64,000 bases of DNA from Scyliorhinus canicula (lineage: Eukaryota). Below are positions 51,001 to 63,104 of this stretch, one piece after another. The notes beneath the pieces were generated by a model. It had not been told where the DNA came from. It searched no databases and was given only the letters and a program-made list of their open reading frames with translations. Position 1 is the first letter of the stretch. Each line of letters starts with the position of its first letter. The stretch lies in the NCBI RefSeq assembly GCF_902713615.1, contig NC_052158.1:52856823-52920822 (forward strand), written 5' to 3'. The position numbers were made by a program, and so were the translations under genes.

Positions 51001-52497
51001 TTCACTAGATTCTGGGGTGGTCCCGGTGGATTGGAAATTAGCAAACGTGACGCCACTGTTTAAAAAAGGAGGTAGGCAGAAAGCAGGAAATTATAGGCCA
51101 GTGAGCTTAACTTCGGTAGTAGGGAAGATGCTGGAATCTATCATCAAGGAAGAAATTGCGAGGCATCTGGATAGAAATTGTCCCATTGGGCAGACGCAGC
51201 ATGGGTTCGTAAAGGGCAGGTCATGCCTAACTAATTTAGTGGAATTTTTTGAGGACATTACCAGTGCAGTAGATAACGGGGAGCCGATGGATGTGGTATA
51301 TCTGGATTTCCAGAAAGCCTTTGACAAGGTGCCACACAAAAGGTTGCTGCATAAGATAAAGATGCATGGCATTAAGGGTAAAGTAGTAGCATGGATAGAG
51401 GATTGGTTAATTAATAGAAAGCAAAGAGTTGGGATAAATGGGTGTTTCTCTGGTTGGCAATCAGTAGCTAGTGGTGTCCATCAGGGATCCGTGTTGGGCC
51501 CACAATTGTTCACAATTTACATAGATGATTTGGAGTTGGGGACCAAGGGCAATGTGTCCAAGTTTGCAGATGACACTAAGATGAGTGGTAAAGCGAAAAG
51601 TGCAAAGGATACTGGAAGTCTGCAGAGGGATTTGGATAGGTTAAGTGAATGGGCTAGGGTCTGGCAGATGGAATACAATGTTGACAAATGTGAGGTTATC
51701 CATTTTGGTAGGAATAACAGCAAACGGGATTATTATTTAAACGATAAAATATTAAAGCATGCCGCTGTTCAGAGAGACTTGGGTGTGCTAGTGCATGAGT
51801 CACAGAAGGTTGGTTTACAAGTGCAACAGGTGATTAAGAAGGCAAATGGAATTTTGTCCTTCATTGCTAGAGGGATGGAGTTTAAGACTAGGGAGGTTAT
51901 GTTGCAATTGTATAAGGTGTTAGTGCGGCCACACCTGGAGTATTGTGTTCAGTTTTGGTCTCCTTACTTGAGAAAGGACGTACTGGCGCTGGAGGGTGTG
52001 CAGAGGAGATTCACGAGGTTAATCCCAGAGCTGAAGGGGTTGGATTATGAGGAGAGGTTGAGTAGACTGGGACTGTACTCGTTGGAATTTAGAAGGATGA
52101 GGGGGGATCTTATAGAAACATTTAAAATTATGAAGGGAATAGATAGGATAGATGCGGGCAGGTTGTTTCCACTGGCGGGTGACAGCAGAACTAGGGGACA
52201 TAGCCTCAAAATAAGGGGAAGTAGATTTAGGACTGAGTTTAGGAGGAACTTCTTCACCCAAAGGGTTGTGAATCTATGGAATTCCTTGCCCAGTGAAGCA
52301 GTTGAGGCTCCTTCATTACATGTTTTTAAGGTAAAGATAGATCGTTTTTTGAAGAATAAAGGGATTAAGGGTTATGGTGATCGGGCCGGAAAGTGGAGCT
52401 GAGTCCACAAAAGACCAGCCATGATCTAATTGAATGGTGGAGCAGGCTCGAGGGGCCAGATGGCCTACTCCTGCTCCTAGTTCTTATGTTCTTATCT
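48036..52497 (+). mobile_element. Near full-length CR1 LINE: 5' UTR, ORF1 (48415-49359), ORF2 (49364-52402, one in-frame TGA at 50441-50443) and tail
   Basis: ORF1 has CxxC..CxxC zinc finger and SGNH-esterase-like IGDLIVRG/HIGTND/DGLHL motifs. ORF2 has APE (YLNARS, ITETW, GDFN, SDH) and RT (YLDFQKAFD, QGSVLGP, FADD); (CTTATGTT) tail. Confidence 0.96.
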
Positions 52498-53844
52498 CTT
52501 CCCTGTCTACTCTTCTCCTTAGTCACAATGAGTTTATGATCTAGTACCTTACTGGCTTTCGTTGCTGCCTCTTTACTGACCTCTAACTTCCTTATCTGGT
52601 TCCCATCCACCTGCCACATTAGTTTAAAACCTCCCCAACAGTGTTAACAAAAGCACCCTCTGGAACATTGGTTCCAGTCCTGCCCAGGTGTATACCATCC
52701 GATCTGTAATGGACCCACCCCCCCAGAACCGGTTCCAATGCCCCATAAATCTGAACCCCTCCCTCCTGCACCATCTCTCAAGCCACCTATTAATTTTAAC
52801 TATTAGGAGGATTGCATGGATGAGATCCAGTTTCGAATCATGTCTGGATTACCTGGGAAAATTGATCAGAATGGCCAGTCAGACTGAGCTGCCTCTTTCA
52901 CCATCCAATCAGAACCAGAGTTATCCTCTTGCTGGAACCCTTCTGTTCCGGCATCAACTTTATCATTTCCAATGAAACAGTTTTCCTCTACATTTAAAAA
53001 AAAAATCATTTATAGGATGTGGATGTCGATGGCTAGGCCAGCATTTATTGCCCATCCCTAGTTGCTCTTCTGAGGTGGTGGTGAGTTGCATTCTTGAACC
53101 GCTGCAATTCCGGAGGTGTAGTTACACCCATAGTGCTGTTAGGGAGGGTGTTCTAGGATTTTGACCCAGTGACAGAGAAGGAATGGCGATATATTTTTGA
53201 GTCAGGGTGGTGAGTGACTTAGAGAGGAACCTCCAGGTGGTGTGGTTCCAAGATATCTGCTGCTCTTGTCCTTCTAGATGGTAGTGGCCGTGAGTTTGGA
53301 AGGTGCTGCCTAAGGAATCTTGGGGAGTTCCTGCAGTGCATCTTGTAGATGGTACACATGCTGCCACTGTTCATTGGTGGTGGAGGGTTTGAATGTTTGT
53401 GGAGGGGGGCAATCAAGCAGGCTGCTTTATCCTAGATGGTGTCAAGCTTCTCGAGTGTTGTTGGAGATAATACTCTCTACTTGCCTGGATGAGTGTGAGT
53501 TACACGCCTGACGTGCCTTATCGATGGAGGACAGGTTTTGGGGGTGGGGGGAGGGCTGGGTGTCTGGGGTGAGTTACTCATCATAAGATTCCTAGCCTTT
53601 GACCTGTTCTGGTAGCCACAGCATTAATGCGGTTACTTTCTGATCAATGGTAACCGCCAGGATGTTGATTGTGGGGGATTCAGTGATGGTAATGCCGAAT
53701 AATGTCAAGGGGTGATGGTTAGATCCTCTCTTGTCGGAGATGGTCATTGCCTGGCACTTGTGTGGCACGAATGTAACTTGCCACTTGCCAACCCAAGCCT
53801 GGATATTGTTCAGGTCTTGCTGCATTTTGGACATGGACTGTGTG

Positions 53845-54742
53845 TTGATCACAAGTTAACTAGATGCAATACAACTGAGCAAACACTAGAGGGGGCACGG
53901 GAGAGCCATACAAATACACCGGGACAGGAAGTGAGGACACACTTCACAGAAGGCAGAACTCGTAGCAGGACACAGACATACCAGCTAGTAGCATTTGAGG
54001 TAGCCGTAGGTAAAGGTCTGAAGAGAGAACAAATTCACAATAAAGCATCTTCTCCACATTTGAGACTACGAGCTTTATTAAGACACGAGTAACAACACAT
54101 GGTACCCAGGAGTGGCTTCAGACGCTTACTACAGGACAACTCAGTGGCAGACACAGAAAGCTCAAAATGGCATGGAAATCTCCTACTGGACATTCGACTT
54201 GGGAAGACATCGCTGATGGGAGGATGTGCCTTGGATTCCCACTTCAGCTGGACACGACTGGAAATGTAAGAAGTGTCTGGAAAAGGTTTAAACAATGGTT
54301 CGATTTCGGTATCATAGCAAATGATGCAGCAGCAGCCTCAGACGAAATTAAAATAGCAATTCTCATCGAAGGACATGAAGCTACGAAAGTTTATAATGGA
54401 TTTAAATACTCAAAAGGTGAAGACAGAAACAGCTTACAAACAATACTAAACAAATTTGAAGAGTACTGTAAGGAATTTGAACAGCAAGGCATGCTCAGAG
54501 GCCAAACTGCACAGAGACTGAGTGATGCAAAACTTAAACAATCACGAAAAGAACAAGAAATCGCGAATGAAAAGTACAGATCAAAAAGAAGAAATAACAT
54601 GAATTTTTCACAAAGCCAAAACGCTGAAATCCAGTCCAGATCGGAAAGAAAAGGTAACTTGCAACTTTTAGAAAGAAAAAAAACGCTGAAATCCGCGATA
54701 AAATGGCGTCGGAGCACATTTTGCAGTCTCGGGCAAGCAAAA
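53845..54742 (+). mobile_element. Gypsy 5' LTR, PBS (TGGTACC) and gag start, cut off by the assembly gap
   Basis: LQLDTTGNVRSVWKRFKQWFDF gag N-terminus. Confidence 0.75.
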
Positions 54743-55243
54743 ANNNNNNNNNNNNNNNNNNNNNNNNNNNNNNNNNNNNNNNNNNNNNNNNNNNNNNNNN
54801 NNNNNNNNNNNNNNNNNNNNNNNNNNNNNNNNNNNNNNNNNNNNNNNNNNNNNNNNNNNNNNNNNNNNNNNNNNNNNNNNNNNNNNNNNNNNNNNNNNNN
54901 NNNNNNNNNNNNNNNNNNNNNNNNNNNNNNNNNNNNNNNNNNNNNNNNNNNNNNNNNNNNNNNNNNNNNNNNNNNNNNNNNNNNNNNNNNNNNNNNNNNN
55001 NNNNNNNNNNNNNNNNNNNNNNNNNNNNNNNNNNNNNNNNNNNNNNNNNNNNNNNNNNNNNNNNNNNNNNNNNNNNNNNNNNNNNNNNNNNNNNNNNNNN
55101 NNNNNNNNNNNNNNNNNNNNNNNNNNNNNNNNNNNNNNNNNNNNNNNNNNNNNNNNNNNNNNNNNNNNNNNNNNNNNNNNNNNNNNNNNNNNNNNNNNNN
55201 NNNNNNNNNNNNNNNNNNNNNNNNNNNNNNNNNNNNNNNNNNN
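54743..55243. other. Assembly gap (about 500 N)
   Basis: Run of N. Confidence 1.
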
Positions 55244-55920
55244 GACACTCAGTCCCTCCCCTCACTCCCCGACACTCAGTCCCCCCCTCACTCCCCGACA
55301 CTCAGTCCCCCCTCACTCCCCGACACTCAGTCCCTCCCCTCACTCCCCGACACTCAGTCCCCCCCCTCCCCGACACTCAGTCCCCCCTCTCACTCTCCGA
55401 CACTCAGTCCCCCCCCTCACTCCCCCCCCCTCACTCCCCGACAGTCCCCCCTCACTCCCCGACAGTCCCCCCTCACTCCCCGACTGTCCCCCCCGACAGT
55501 CCCCCCCTCACTCCCCGACAGTCCCCCCTCACTCCCCGACTGTCCCCCCCTCTCACTCCCCGACAGTCCCCCCCTCTCACTCCCCGACAGTCCACCCCTC
55601 TCACTCCCCGACAGTCCTCCCCTCTCACTCCCCGACTCTCAGTCCCCCCCTCACTCTCCGACACTCAGTCCCCTCTCACTCCCCGACAGTCCCCCCCTCT
55701 CACTCCCCGACACTCAGTCCCCCCTCACTCCCCGACAGTCCCCCCCTCTCACTCCCCGACACTCAGTCCCCCCCTCACTCCCCGACACTCAGTCCCCCCC
55801 TCACTCCCCGACACTTAGTCCCCCCTCACTCCTTGGCACTCAGTTCCCCCTCACTCTCCGACACTCAGTCACCCCCTCTCACTCCCCGACTCTCAGTCCC
55901 TCCTCCCTCACTCCCTGACA
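55244..55920. repeat. C-rich ~20-26-bp minisatellite (GACACTCAGTCCCCCCCTCACTCCCC) in the intron after the alpha2 exon
   Basis: Visible array starting about 25 bp from the alpha2 donor and running into the gap. Confidence 0.93.
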
Positions 55921-55948
55921 CTCTGTCTCTTTCCCCTCGTTCACTTAC

Positions 55949-56221
55949 CGACACTCAATGCCCTCTCGCCAGTCTTCAGATATTTCTTCAGATTACTGAT
56001 ACACTCCTGCTCCAGGTAACTCTTCCAGTATTGGTTGTCAGACTTGAACCCGTCACACTGCTTTTTGGCGCTATTTGCTAATGGCAATGCCGTTTGCCAT
56101 AGCATCTTCTCTTTGTCGAAGAAGAGGAAATCTTGCCCATCCCAGCCAAACACAGTGAATGCGTTGGTGCTCCCATCCGTGTGAAGGTCACAGCCCCACG
56201 TTCGCTGATATGTGTGAAAAA
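55949..56221 (-). CDS. MHC class I heavy chain, alpha2-domain exon (273 bp, phase 1-1)
   Basis: Acceptor tttctgccaatgacag and donor G|gtaagt at 55948-55943; in frame with the alpha1 exon. Reads (V)FHTYQRTWGCDLHTDGSTNAFTVFGWDGQDFLFFDKEKMLWQTALPLANSAKKQCDGFKSDNQYWKSYLEQECISNLKKYLKTGERALSV, with HTxQ..GC, WDG-DF and YLE..C..LKKYL motifs and the disulfide Cys pair. Confidence 0.96.
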
Positions 56222-56734
56222 CTGTCATTGGCAGAAAAATAGATCCAGTCAGAAACTGCCAAGGTGGTGAGTGTCTCCGTTATGTTGCTCAGAATACTTT
56301 CAACTAAATGGGAACAAAGTCCCATAGAGAGCACGCTAAGCCACGGAGAATGCGCGGCCAAGGCCACATACAGCCCCGTTTTTTACAGAGGAGCTCCGCT
56401 CACCGGAACACCTCTGTGTAGCGAGAGATCAGGACACCATTTGTCAATCATGACCCAACATCCGAGGCCCCTGAAGCGAACCTCGACCTCTGCATCAGCC
56501 TCAAAGCAGTATGGGAGGGTCCCCGGCACCCTCCCCCAACACCCACACAGGGCAGCCCATCCTGACCACACATGTGCAATAAATGTCAGCCTGGCATCCT
56601 GGCAGTGCCCTTGCCAGCTGGTAGTGCCATCAGGGCACCTTGGCAGTGCCAAGCTGGCTGTGCCAGGATGCCCAGGTGGCAAGTGTCAGGGCACACCTTG
56701 CCCGATCCCCTGGGAGACCTGAACAAGTGCCGTT

Positions 56735-57235
56735 CTGTCTTGTCATGTGAGAGTACCTTTAAGAAATGGGTGTTTATTACTGCAGTGATGTCAGAGTGTG
56801 GGTGGAGCTGGGCTGTCTGTCAGCTTTTAGTTTCAATTTGAGAAAAGCTTGGGTGTGTCTTGGGTGTTTATTTTGGTTTTGTTTCAGTGTTGGAGCTGAA
56901 GCCAGACTAAGCAGGTGTACTGTTGTTCTTTCTGCCATGAAAAGACTATCACTTGATCATTTGGTGAATTCAGAATTATAAATGTTCTCAGTAGTGAATG
57001 TAAACCTAATGTGCTTCTGTTAAAAGATTTTTGTCTTCTGGATGTTGTTTGGGAATTTATTCAAGATTTTCTTAGTGTTGCATTCTTTGGGGGGGGGGGG
57101 GGGTGTATTTTAATTAATGGTTGCTAAATTGTTCGCTGTATGTTTTAAAAAGGTTAACTTGAGTTCATAGAATAAACATTGTTTTGCTTTAAAAAATACT
57201 TTTCCATTTTTTGTTGTACCACACCTGCCCGTGGG
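56735..57235. mobile_element. Solo-LTR-like element in MHC intron 2
   Basis: Begins TGTCATG, contains AATAAA and a GT-rich U5-like tract, and ends near ccacacc; no internal coding sequence. Confidence 0.55.
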
Positions 57236-58133
57236 GCATTTTGGGGTTCTCTAATCCCTGGCCCATAACAGTCTGGTTTCCGTTTCAGGAGACCAGTGTT
57301 TAATGACGCTCGCCCAAGGTCTCCGAGGTGAAGGTGTTGGACCTCAAAGCCACAGGTACCTTGGGAATCTGCAGATTAGAATGAGACTTACGGTCTTGTT
57401 CTAATACGCAGATTTGCAACATCTCACAAGATTGTGTTGAATCTTGTGAGGCGTTGCAAGCTGGGTAGATCCCGGGAGCGGGGTCTCCTGGCTTTCATCG
57501 CCCTCACTGCGTCACAGCGAGCTGCTTTGCAGGCATAGCGTGGCTGCTGGATCGCACCCTATTCCTCACACGCAATGTCAGTGTGGTGATGAACTGGGAA
57601 TTGTTGTTTTTCCTCTCCCCAGAACACTGAAACCACCCTCCCCAACCCAGGGGCACCTGCCTTCCCATACCAATCTCTCTGAGGCACCAGATCACAGTCT
57701 CATCACCCTGAGACATGGATACACACCCTTCCTCCAGGGCACTGAAAGTGCCCACATTCCTCCATGGGACACCCCAATCTCCAGAATGCACTGAAATAAT
57801 GATAACCCATCCCCAGGGGAACCAAATGTTCCACACTCTGCCCAAAGAGCACAGCCTCCTCTCAACAATCCCCCCACAGTCCACTGGTTAGCCCCTCAAC
57901 AGGGCAAAGACATTCTCTCCCATCTTGAGCGGGCATCACACCTTTCTGCCCCATTCTCCAGAGAGATCATGTCCCCCATCTCCATCGGACAAACGGACCC
58001 CTCCCTATACCTTCACTCAGATATCAGACCACTGATATTGGCCACCATTTCCTGACCTCACAAACCAAGCCATCACCACATTACTGAACCTAAGTCACAA
58101 GAAAAATACATGCGACGGAGGATGAGAACTCAC

Positions 58134-58394
58134 CACTAGTCTGGTTGGTCTTCTTCATTAGGATCTGAATATTGGCCCTTCCCCATTGCTCCCATTCCTG
58201 TGCCTCCCGCGTGTACCGCTCCCAGTATGCGGGTCCCTCATTCTCTGCGATCCAGCGCTGTGAAGGAATCATCTCCTTCCGAACACTGTCATAGTAAACA
58301 ATCTGCACGTCGTCCATATAACCCACAACAACAAAGTCAGGTACGCCAGGAATAGGGGACATAGCAGTGTAGAAATAATGCAGAGAATGAGAGC
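58134..58394 (-). CDS. MHC class I heavy chain, alpha1-domain exon (261 bp, phase 1-1)
   Basis: Acceptor ctttgtgtttcag at 58395+ and donor G|gtgagt at 58133-58128. Open frame (G)SHSLHYFYTAMSPIPGVPDFVVVGYMDDVQIVYYDSVRKEMIPSQRWIAENEGPAYWERYTREAQEWEQWGRANIQILMKKTNQTS shows class I hallmarks SHSLxYF, GYxDD, YDS, YWE and the NQT glycan site. Confidence 0.96.
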
Positions 58395-58578
58395 CTGAAA
58401 CACAAAGAATAAGAAAGACATCAGGACATTAACTCTAAAACACCAACCCCAGAGAGAGAGAGAGAAAGAAAGAGAAAGAGAAAAAGAGAGAGAGTGAGAG
58501 AGATTGAGAGAGAGAGATCAGGACAAGAACCCCAAAACACCAACCCCAGAGAGACAGATAGACATCTGGATATGAACC

Positions 58579-61500
58579 TGTCACAAGATAAGGACAATTA
58601 GATTCCAGATGACCTCATCCGAATCGGAGGTCTCCCAGGGTTTCTCCCTTAACTGGAAGCTCAGCTCTCCAGTATAAAGCCGCTGCCTGGGAGCAGCTCG
58701 GGGTGGAGGCCCTTTGGGGAGCGGAGAGTGTAATATTGGGAATAAATAGAATCTTTATTTACCACCTGGCTGATGAGAATAAATGGAGCTGCTGCCGACG
58801 CCAGACACTACACATCAGAGCCACTTAGAGAGGCCTCGCATCCTTCCGCTGACATGCCACCCATTGGTAAACTTGAGCCTTTTCAGGCAGAGGTTGATGA
58901 CTGGGGATGTCGAAAAAATGCAATACATTTTGCGTACAAATGGGATCGACGGGAATGTGCAACGGACAATGGTGTTGCTTACGGCTTGCGGGGGCGGGGT
59001 CCACATACAGCCTCATTAAGAGCCTCACCCACCCACAGCCGCTGGATACCTGGCTGTTCACCGCGTTGGTGGCCTCAGTGAAGGGGCATCTAGACCCGCA
59101 ACCGCTATTAATCGTCCGAAGATTCCTCACAGCCGCTCAGACCCAGTCGGAATCGACCAGCAACTTCATGGCTCACCTGCGAAAATCAGCAGAAACATGC
59201 GAATTTGGTGCCGATCTTTTTTTTTTTTTTATAAATTTAGAGTACCCAATTATTTTTTCCAATTAAGGGGCAATTTAGTGTGGCCAATCTACCTACTCTG
59301 CACATCTTTGGGTTGTGGGGGTGAAACCCACGCAGACACGGGGAGAATGTGCAAACTCCACACGGACAGTGACCCAGGGCCGGGATTCGAACCCGGGTCC
59401 TCAGCGCCGTAGGCAGCAATGCTAACCACTGTGCCACCGTGCTTTTGGTGCCGATCTTAATGAATCACTGCGAGACAGATTAGTTTGTGGAATCTGTGCC
59501 GGCGACACACAGAGAAAAGTTCTGGGCGTCACTGACCTGATATTGCAAAGCACTGTGGAGATTGCCATCTCCCGTGAAAGCCCGGCAAACGGGGTTCCAG
59601 GAGCTCAGACGAATGGTGGTCTGAACCTCGGCTATCAAACTGCCCGCCACTGGCTCCCGCTCCGGAGGCAGAGCCCCGACAGTGGGCGCCCTCCACAGTG
59701 ACACAGGGCACCACCTCTGAGGCCCGGAATGACACAATACGGTGACCGGGAATATCATTCCTGGCTGGTGACCACCAGCCGTTGGATACCAGGGAACAGC
59801 CGGCCTAGAGAGGGCCCTCTATCCTGCCACCCCACTAGGCGAAACCGCCACCAAAGGGACCAGGCCCCTCCGTGGACAATGAATAGGAGGCCCACCGCAG
59901 GCTGTATTGCATTCCTTCGTCTTGGTTCGATCCTTTGCGAACACCTTTAAGTTTCGTCCCACCGGACATTGGTGGGAAATTCCACCGGGGCCAGGATCGA
60001 GCCGAGACTGACGCTTGATGACGTTCGCCTTTATTCACCTTCGCGGTGGGAAATTCAGTGTAAATCCGGAATTTTGGAGAATGAGCCACTGGGACACCAG
60101 CCGTTGTGTTGGCCCAGATGGTACCAGTCTCCATCGAGTGCGGGCACAAGGACACAAATCCCGTACCAGCCTCCCCGAACAGGCGCCGGAATGTGGCAAC
60201 TAGGGGCTTTTCACAGTAACTTCATTTGAAGCCTACTCATGACAATAAGCAATTTCATTTCATTTCATTTCATTCATCAACATGTGGGCCACCTGCAAAG
60301 TCGCATCCAAGAATTGCCAGTTCCGATTGTAGAGTTATCAGCCCAAAACTGCCCCCAGCTCAAACTGACACCTCCGCCCAGTCGCCAGCATTGGTTTTGG
60401 ATGCACCTACCGTAGAGAAAACTGGTCTTGGACGTACAGGACGGTGAAATGATGAACTACGAGAAACCCTTGGACACTGATTCAGAGGTCGACATGGACA
60501 TGTTGCCACCACCCGAGCCAACGGTGTCTGTTGCAGCACCTATGACCCCACCGAGACGTTCTGCCTGAAGGCGATGCTCCCCAGTCCGGTACAGACGTTT
60601 CGTTTTGGTCTTGGATGGCCGTCTCCGGGCTCAGACGCCTCGACCACCTCCGGGCTCGGACGCCTGGACCATCTCCGGGCTCGGACGCCTGGACAACCTC
60701 CGGGCTCGGACGCCTCGACCACCTCCGGGCTCGGACGCCTCGACCACCTCCGGGCTCGGACGCCTCGACCACCTCCGGGCTCGGACGCCTCGACCACCTC
60801 CGGGCTCGGACGCCTCGACCACCTCCGGGCTCGGACGCCTCGACCACCTCCGGGCTCGGACGCCTCGACCATCTCCGGGCTCGGACGCCTCGACCACCTC
60901 CGGGCTCGGACGCCTCGACCACCTCCGGGCTCGGACGCCTCGACCACCTCCGGGCTCGGACGCCTCGACCACCTCCGGGCTCGGACGCCTCGACCACCTC
61001 CGGGCTCGGACGCCTCGACCACCTCCGGGCTCGGACGCCTCGACCACCTCCGGGCTCGGACGCCTCGACCACCTCCGGGCTCGGACGCCTCGACCACCTC
61101 CGGGCTCGGACGCCTCGACCACCTCCGGGCTCGGACGCCTCGACCACCTCCGGGCTCGGACGCCTCGACCACCTCCGGGCTCGGACGCCTCGACCATCTC
61201 CGGGCTCGGACGCCTCGACCACCTCCGGGCTCGGACGCCTCGACCACCTCCGGGCTCGGACGCCTGGACCACCTCCGGGCTCGGACGCCTCGACCACCTC
61301 CGGGCTCGGACGCCTCGACCACCTCCGGGCTCGGACGCCTCGACCACCTCCGGGCTCGGACGCCTGGACCATCTCCGGACTCGGACGCCTGGACCATCTC
61401 CGGACTCGGACGCCTCGACCACCTCCGGGCTCGGACGCCTGGACCATCTCCGGACTCGGACGCCTCGACCATCTCCGGACTCGGACGCCTCGACCATCTC

Positions 61501-62190
61501 CGGACTCGGACGCCTCGACCATCTCCGGACTCGGACGCCTGGACCATCTCCGGACTCGGACGCCTCGACCATCTCCGGGCTCGGACGCCTCGACCATCTC
61601 CGGGCTCGGACGCCTGGACCATAAGACATAGGAGCGGAATTAGGCCACTCGGCCCATCGAATCTGCTCCGCCCTTCAATAATGGCTGATATTTTCTCATT
61701 CCCATTCTCCTCCCTTGTCCCCATAACTCCTGACCCCTGATTAATCAAGAGCCTATCTATCTGTCTTAAAGACACTCAGTGATTTGGCCTCCACAGCCTT
61801 CAGCGACAAAGAGTTCCACAGATTCACCACCCTTTGGCTGAAGAAATCCTTGCTTAGATACGAGGCCTAAAACTGCTCCTAATATTCCAAATGGGGTCTG
61901 ACCAGAGCCTTACATAGCCTCAGAAGTACATCCCTGGTTTTGTCCCAGTCGCAGATATGGACATGGACATATCTCCGGATTTGGGGGATATAATAACCCT
62001 CAGGAAGGTCACAAGATAAGGACAATTAGACTCTAGATGACCTTCTCTGAATGAGAGTTCCCCTGGTAACGAGGGGGCGGGTTCCACCATTAACTGAGAG
62101 CTGAGCTCTCTCAAATAAAAACCCCAGCCTGGGAGCAGAGGAGGCCCTTCCGGGAGTGTGGAGTGTAATATTGTGAATAAATAGAGCGGA
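58579..62190 (+). mobile_element. Internally deleted Gypsy element in MHC intron 1, antisense to the gene, with nested SINEs, a 25-bp VNTR and a CR1 fragment
   Basis: Related LTR copies (tcacaagataaggacaattaga...) at ~58579-58810 and ~62008-62190; gag MPPIGKLEPF; V-SINE 59215-59443 (-); tRNA-SINE ~60150-60280; CR1 tail 61620-61945 (-). Confidence 0.8.
60620..61620. repeat. CpG-rich 25-bp minisatellite (CGACCACCTCCGGGCTCGGACGCCT), about 40 copies
   Basis: Directly visible; 25-aa periodic ORFs in all six frames reflect a stop-free 25-nt unit. Confidence 0.96.
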
Positions 62191-63104
62191 ATACTCTGTA
62201 GCCCAACGCCAAAATTGGGAATGGCAATCAAGCGGAGAATGGCTTCCGACGCCGGAATCGGGGCAGGCGCCAGTTGGACCCAGGTTCGCTATGCTCTGCC
62301 CCCTCCAAATCGGCATCATGGCGACGCGTGCAGTCACAATGCTGTTGGCGCATCATCAGCTGGCCCACCCGTGATTCTCCGCCCATTCCCCCCATGGGCT
62401 GAATTCCCGACAGCGCGAGCCACGTGTGGTCCCAGCGGTTGGGAACCTGGCGTGCCGGCTGCAGTGTCGCTGGGATCCATGCTGCTCGCCGGGGGCTTCT
62501 GCTGGGGGAGTGGTGGGCTCTGGGGCCGGGGTGGGCGGGTTAGGGTTCAAGCAGCAGGCGCCGTGTTTTCAGTGCGACGAGTGCAGCTCGTCAGCCCTGA
62601 GCTTGCGTGGCCCAGGACCCGCCGATTCACCTCCATTTTCTGCGCGATCAGTGGGTGTTCCACGTGGTGCTGGTGCTAGCTCCTGACCGGGAGGGGTTCA
62701 CGTTGATTTTCCCATCTTGAAACACCCGTGGATCCCCCGTTGGCCTCAGGAACAGGGAAATCCACCAAGAATGTTTGTGTTCTGCCTGGATGATGAAAAT
62801 GAAATGAAATGAAATTAGATTCCAGGTGCAGGTCCAGGTGGGGTTCAGGTCCACCTGATCCAGGTGTGCTGCTTTAGCGGATTCTACAAAACACCAAACC
62901 CACGGAGTGAGAGAGAGAGTGTGAGAGAGTGAAACAGAGAAAGACAAAGAGAGATCAGGACATGAACACTAAAACACAAACCCTACAGGGAGAGAGAGCT
63001 GTCCAGTCATGGGCAGCACGGTAGCATAGTGGTTAGCATCAATGCTTCACAGCTCCAGGGTCCCAACTCACAGAGAGACTGCGGTCCAGTCACATAGAAC
63101 ATGG

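Noticed and set aside
54167-55918. 583-aa ORF across the gap
   Set aside because: Artefact of translating through N; joins a Gypsy gag start to a minisatellite.
58134-58394. Resemblance of alpha1 to mammalian MR1 (PIxGVPxF, AEN, WERYT-5x-W)
   Set aside because: MR1's ligand residues K43 and R9 are absent, and similar W/aromatic positions occur in classical shark UAA as I recall it, so shared ancestry explains it.
60482-61775. 330-410-aa ORFs in six frames
   Set aside because: Consequence of a stop-free 25-bp repeat.
63072-63103. ATG..MFYVTGPQSL followed by phase-1 gtgagt as the class I leader exon
   Set aside because: Phase fits, but it is short, not hydrophobic and resembles a nearby repeat (gagagagctgtccagtcat); the true leader probably lies beyond the window.
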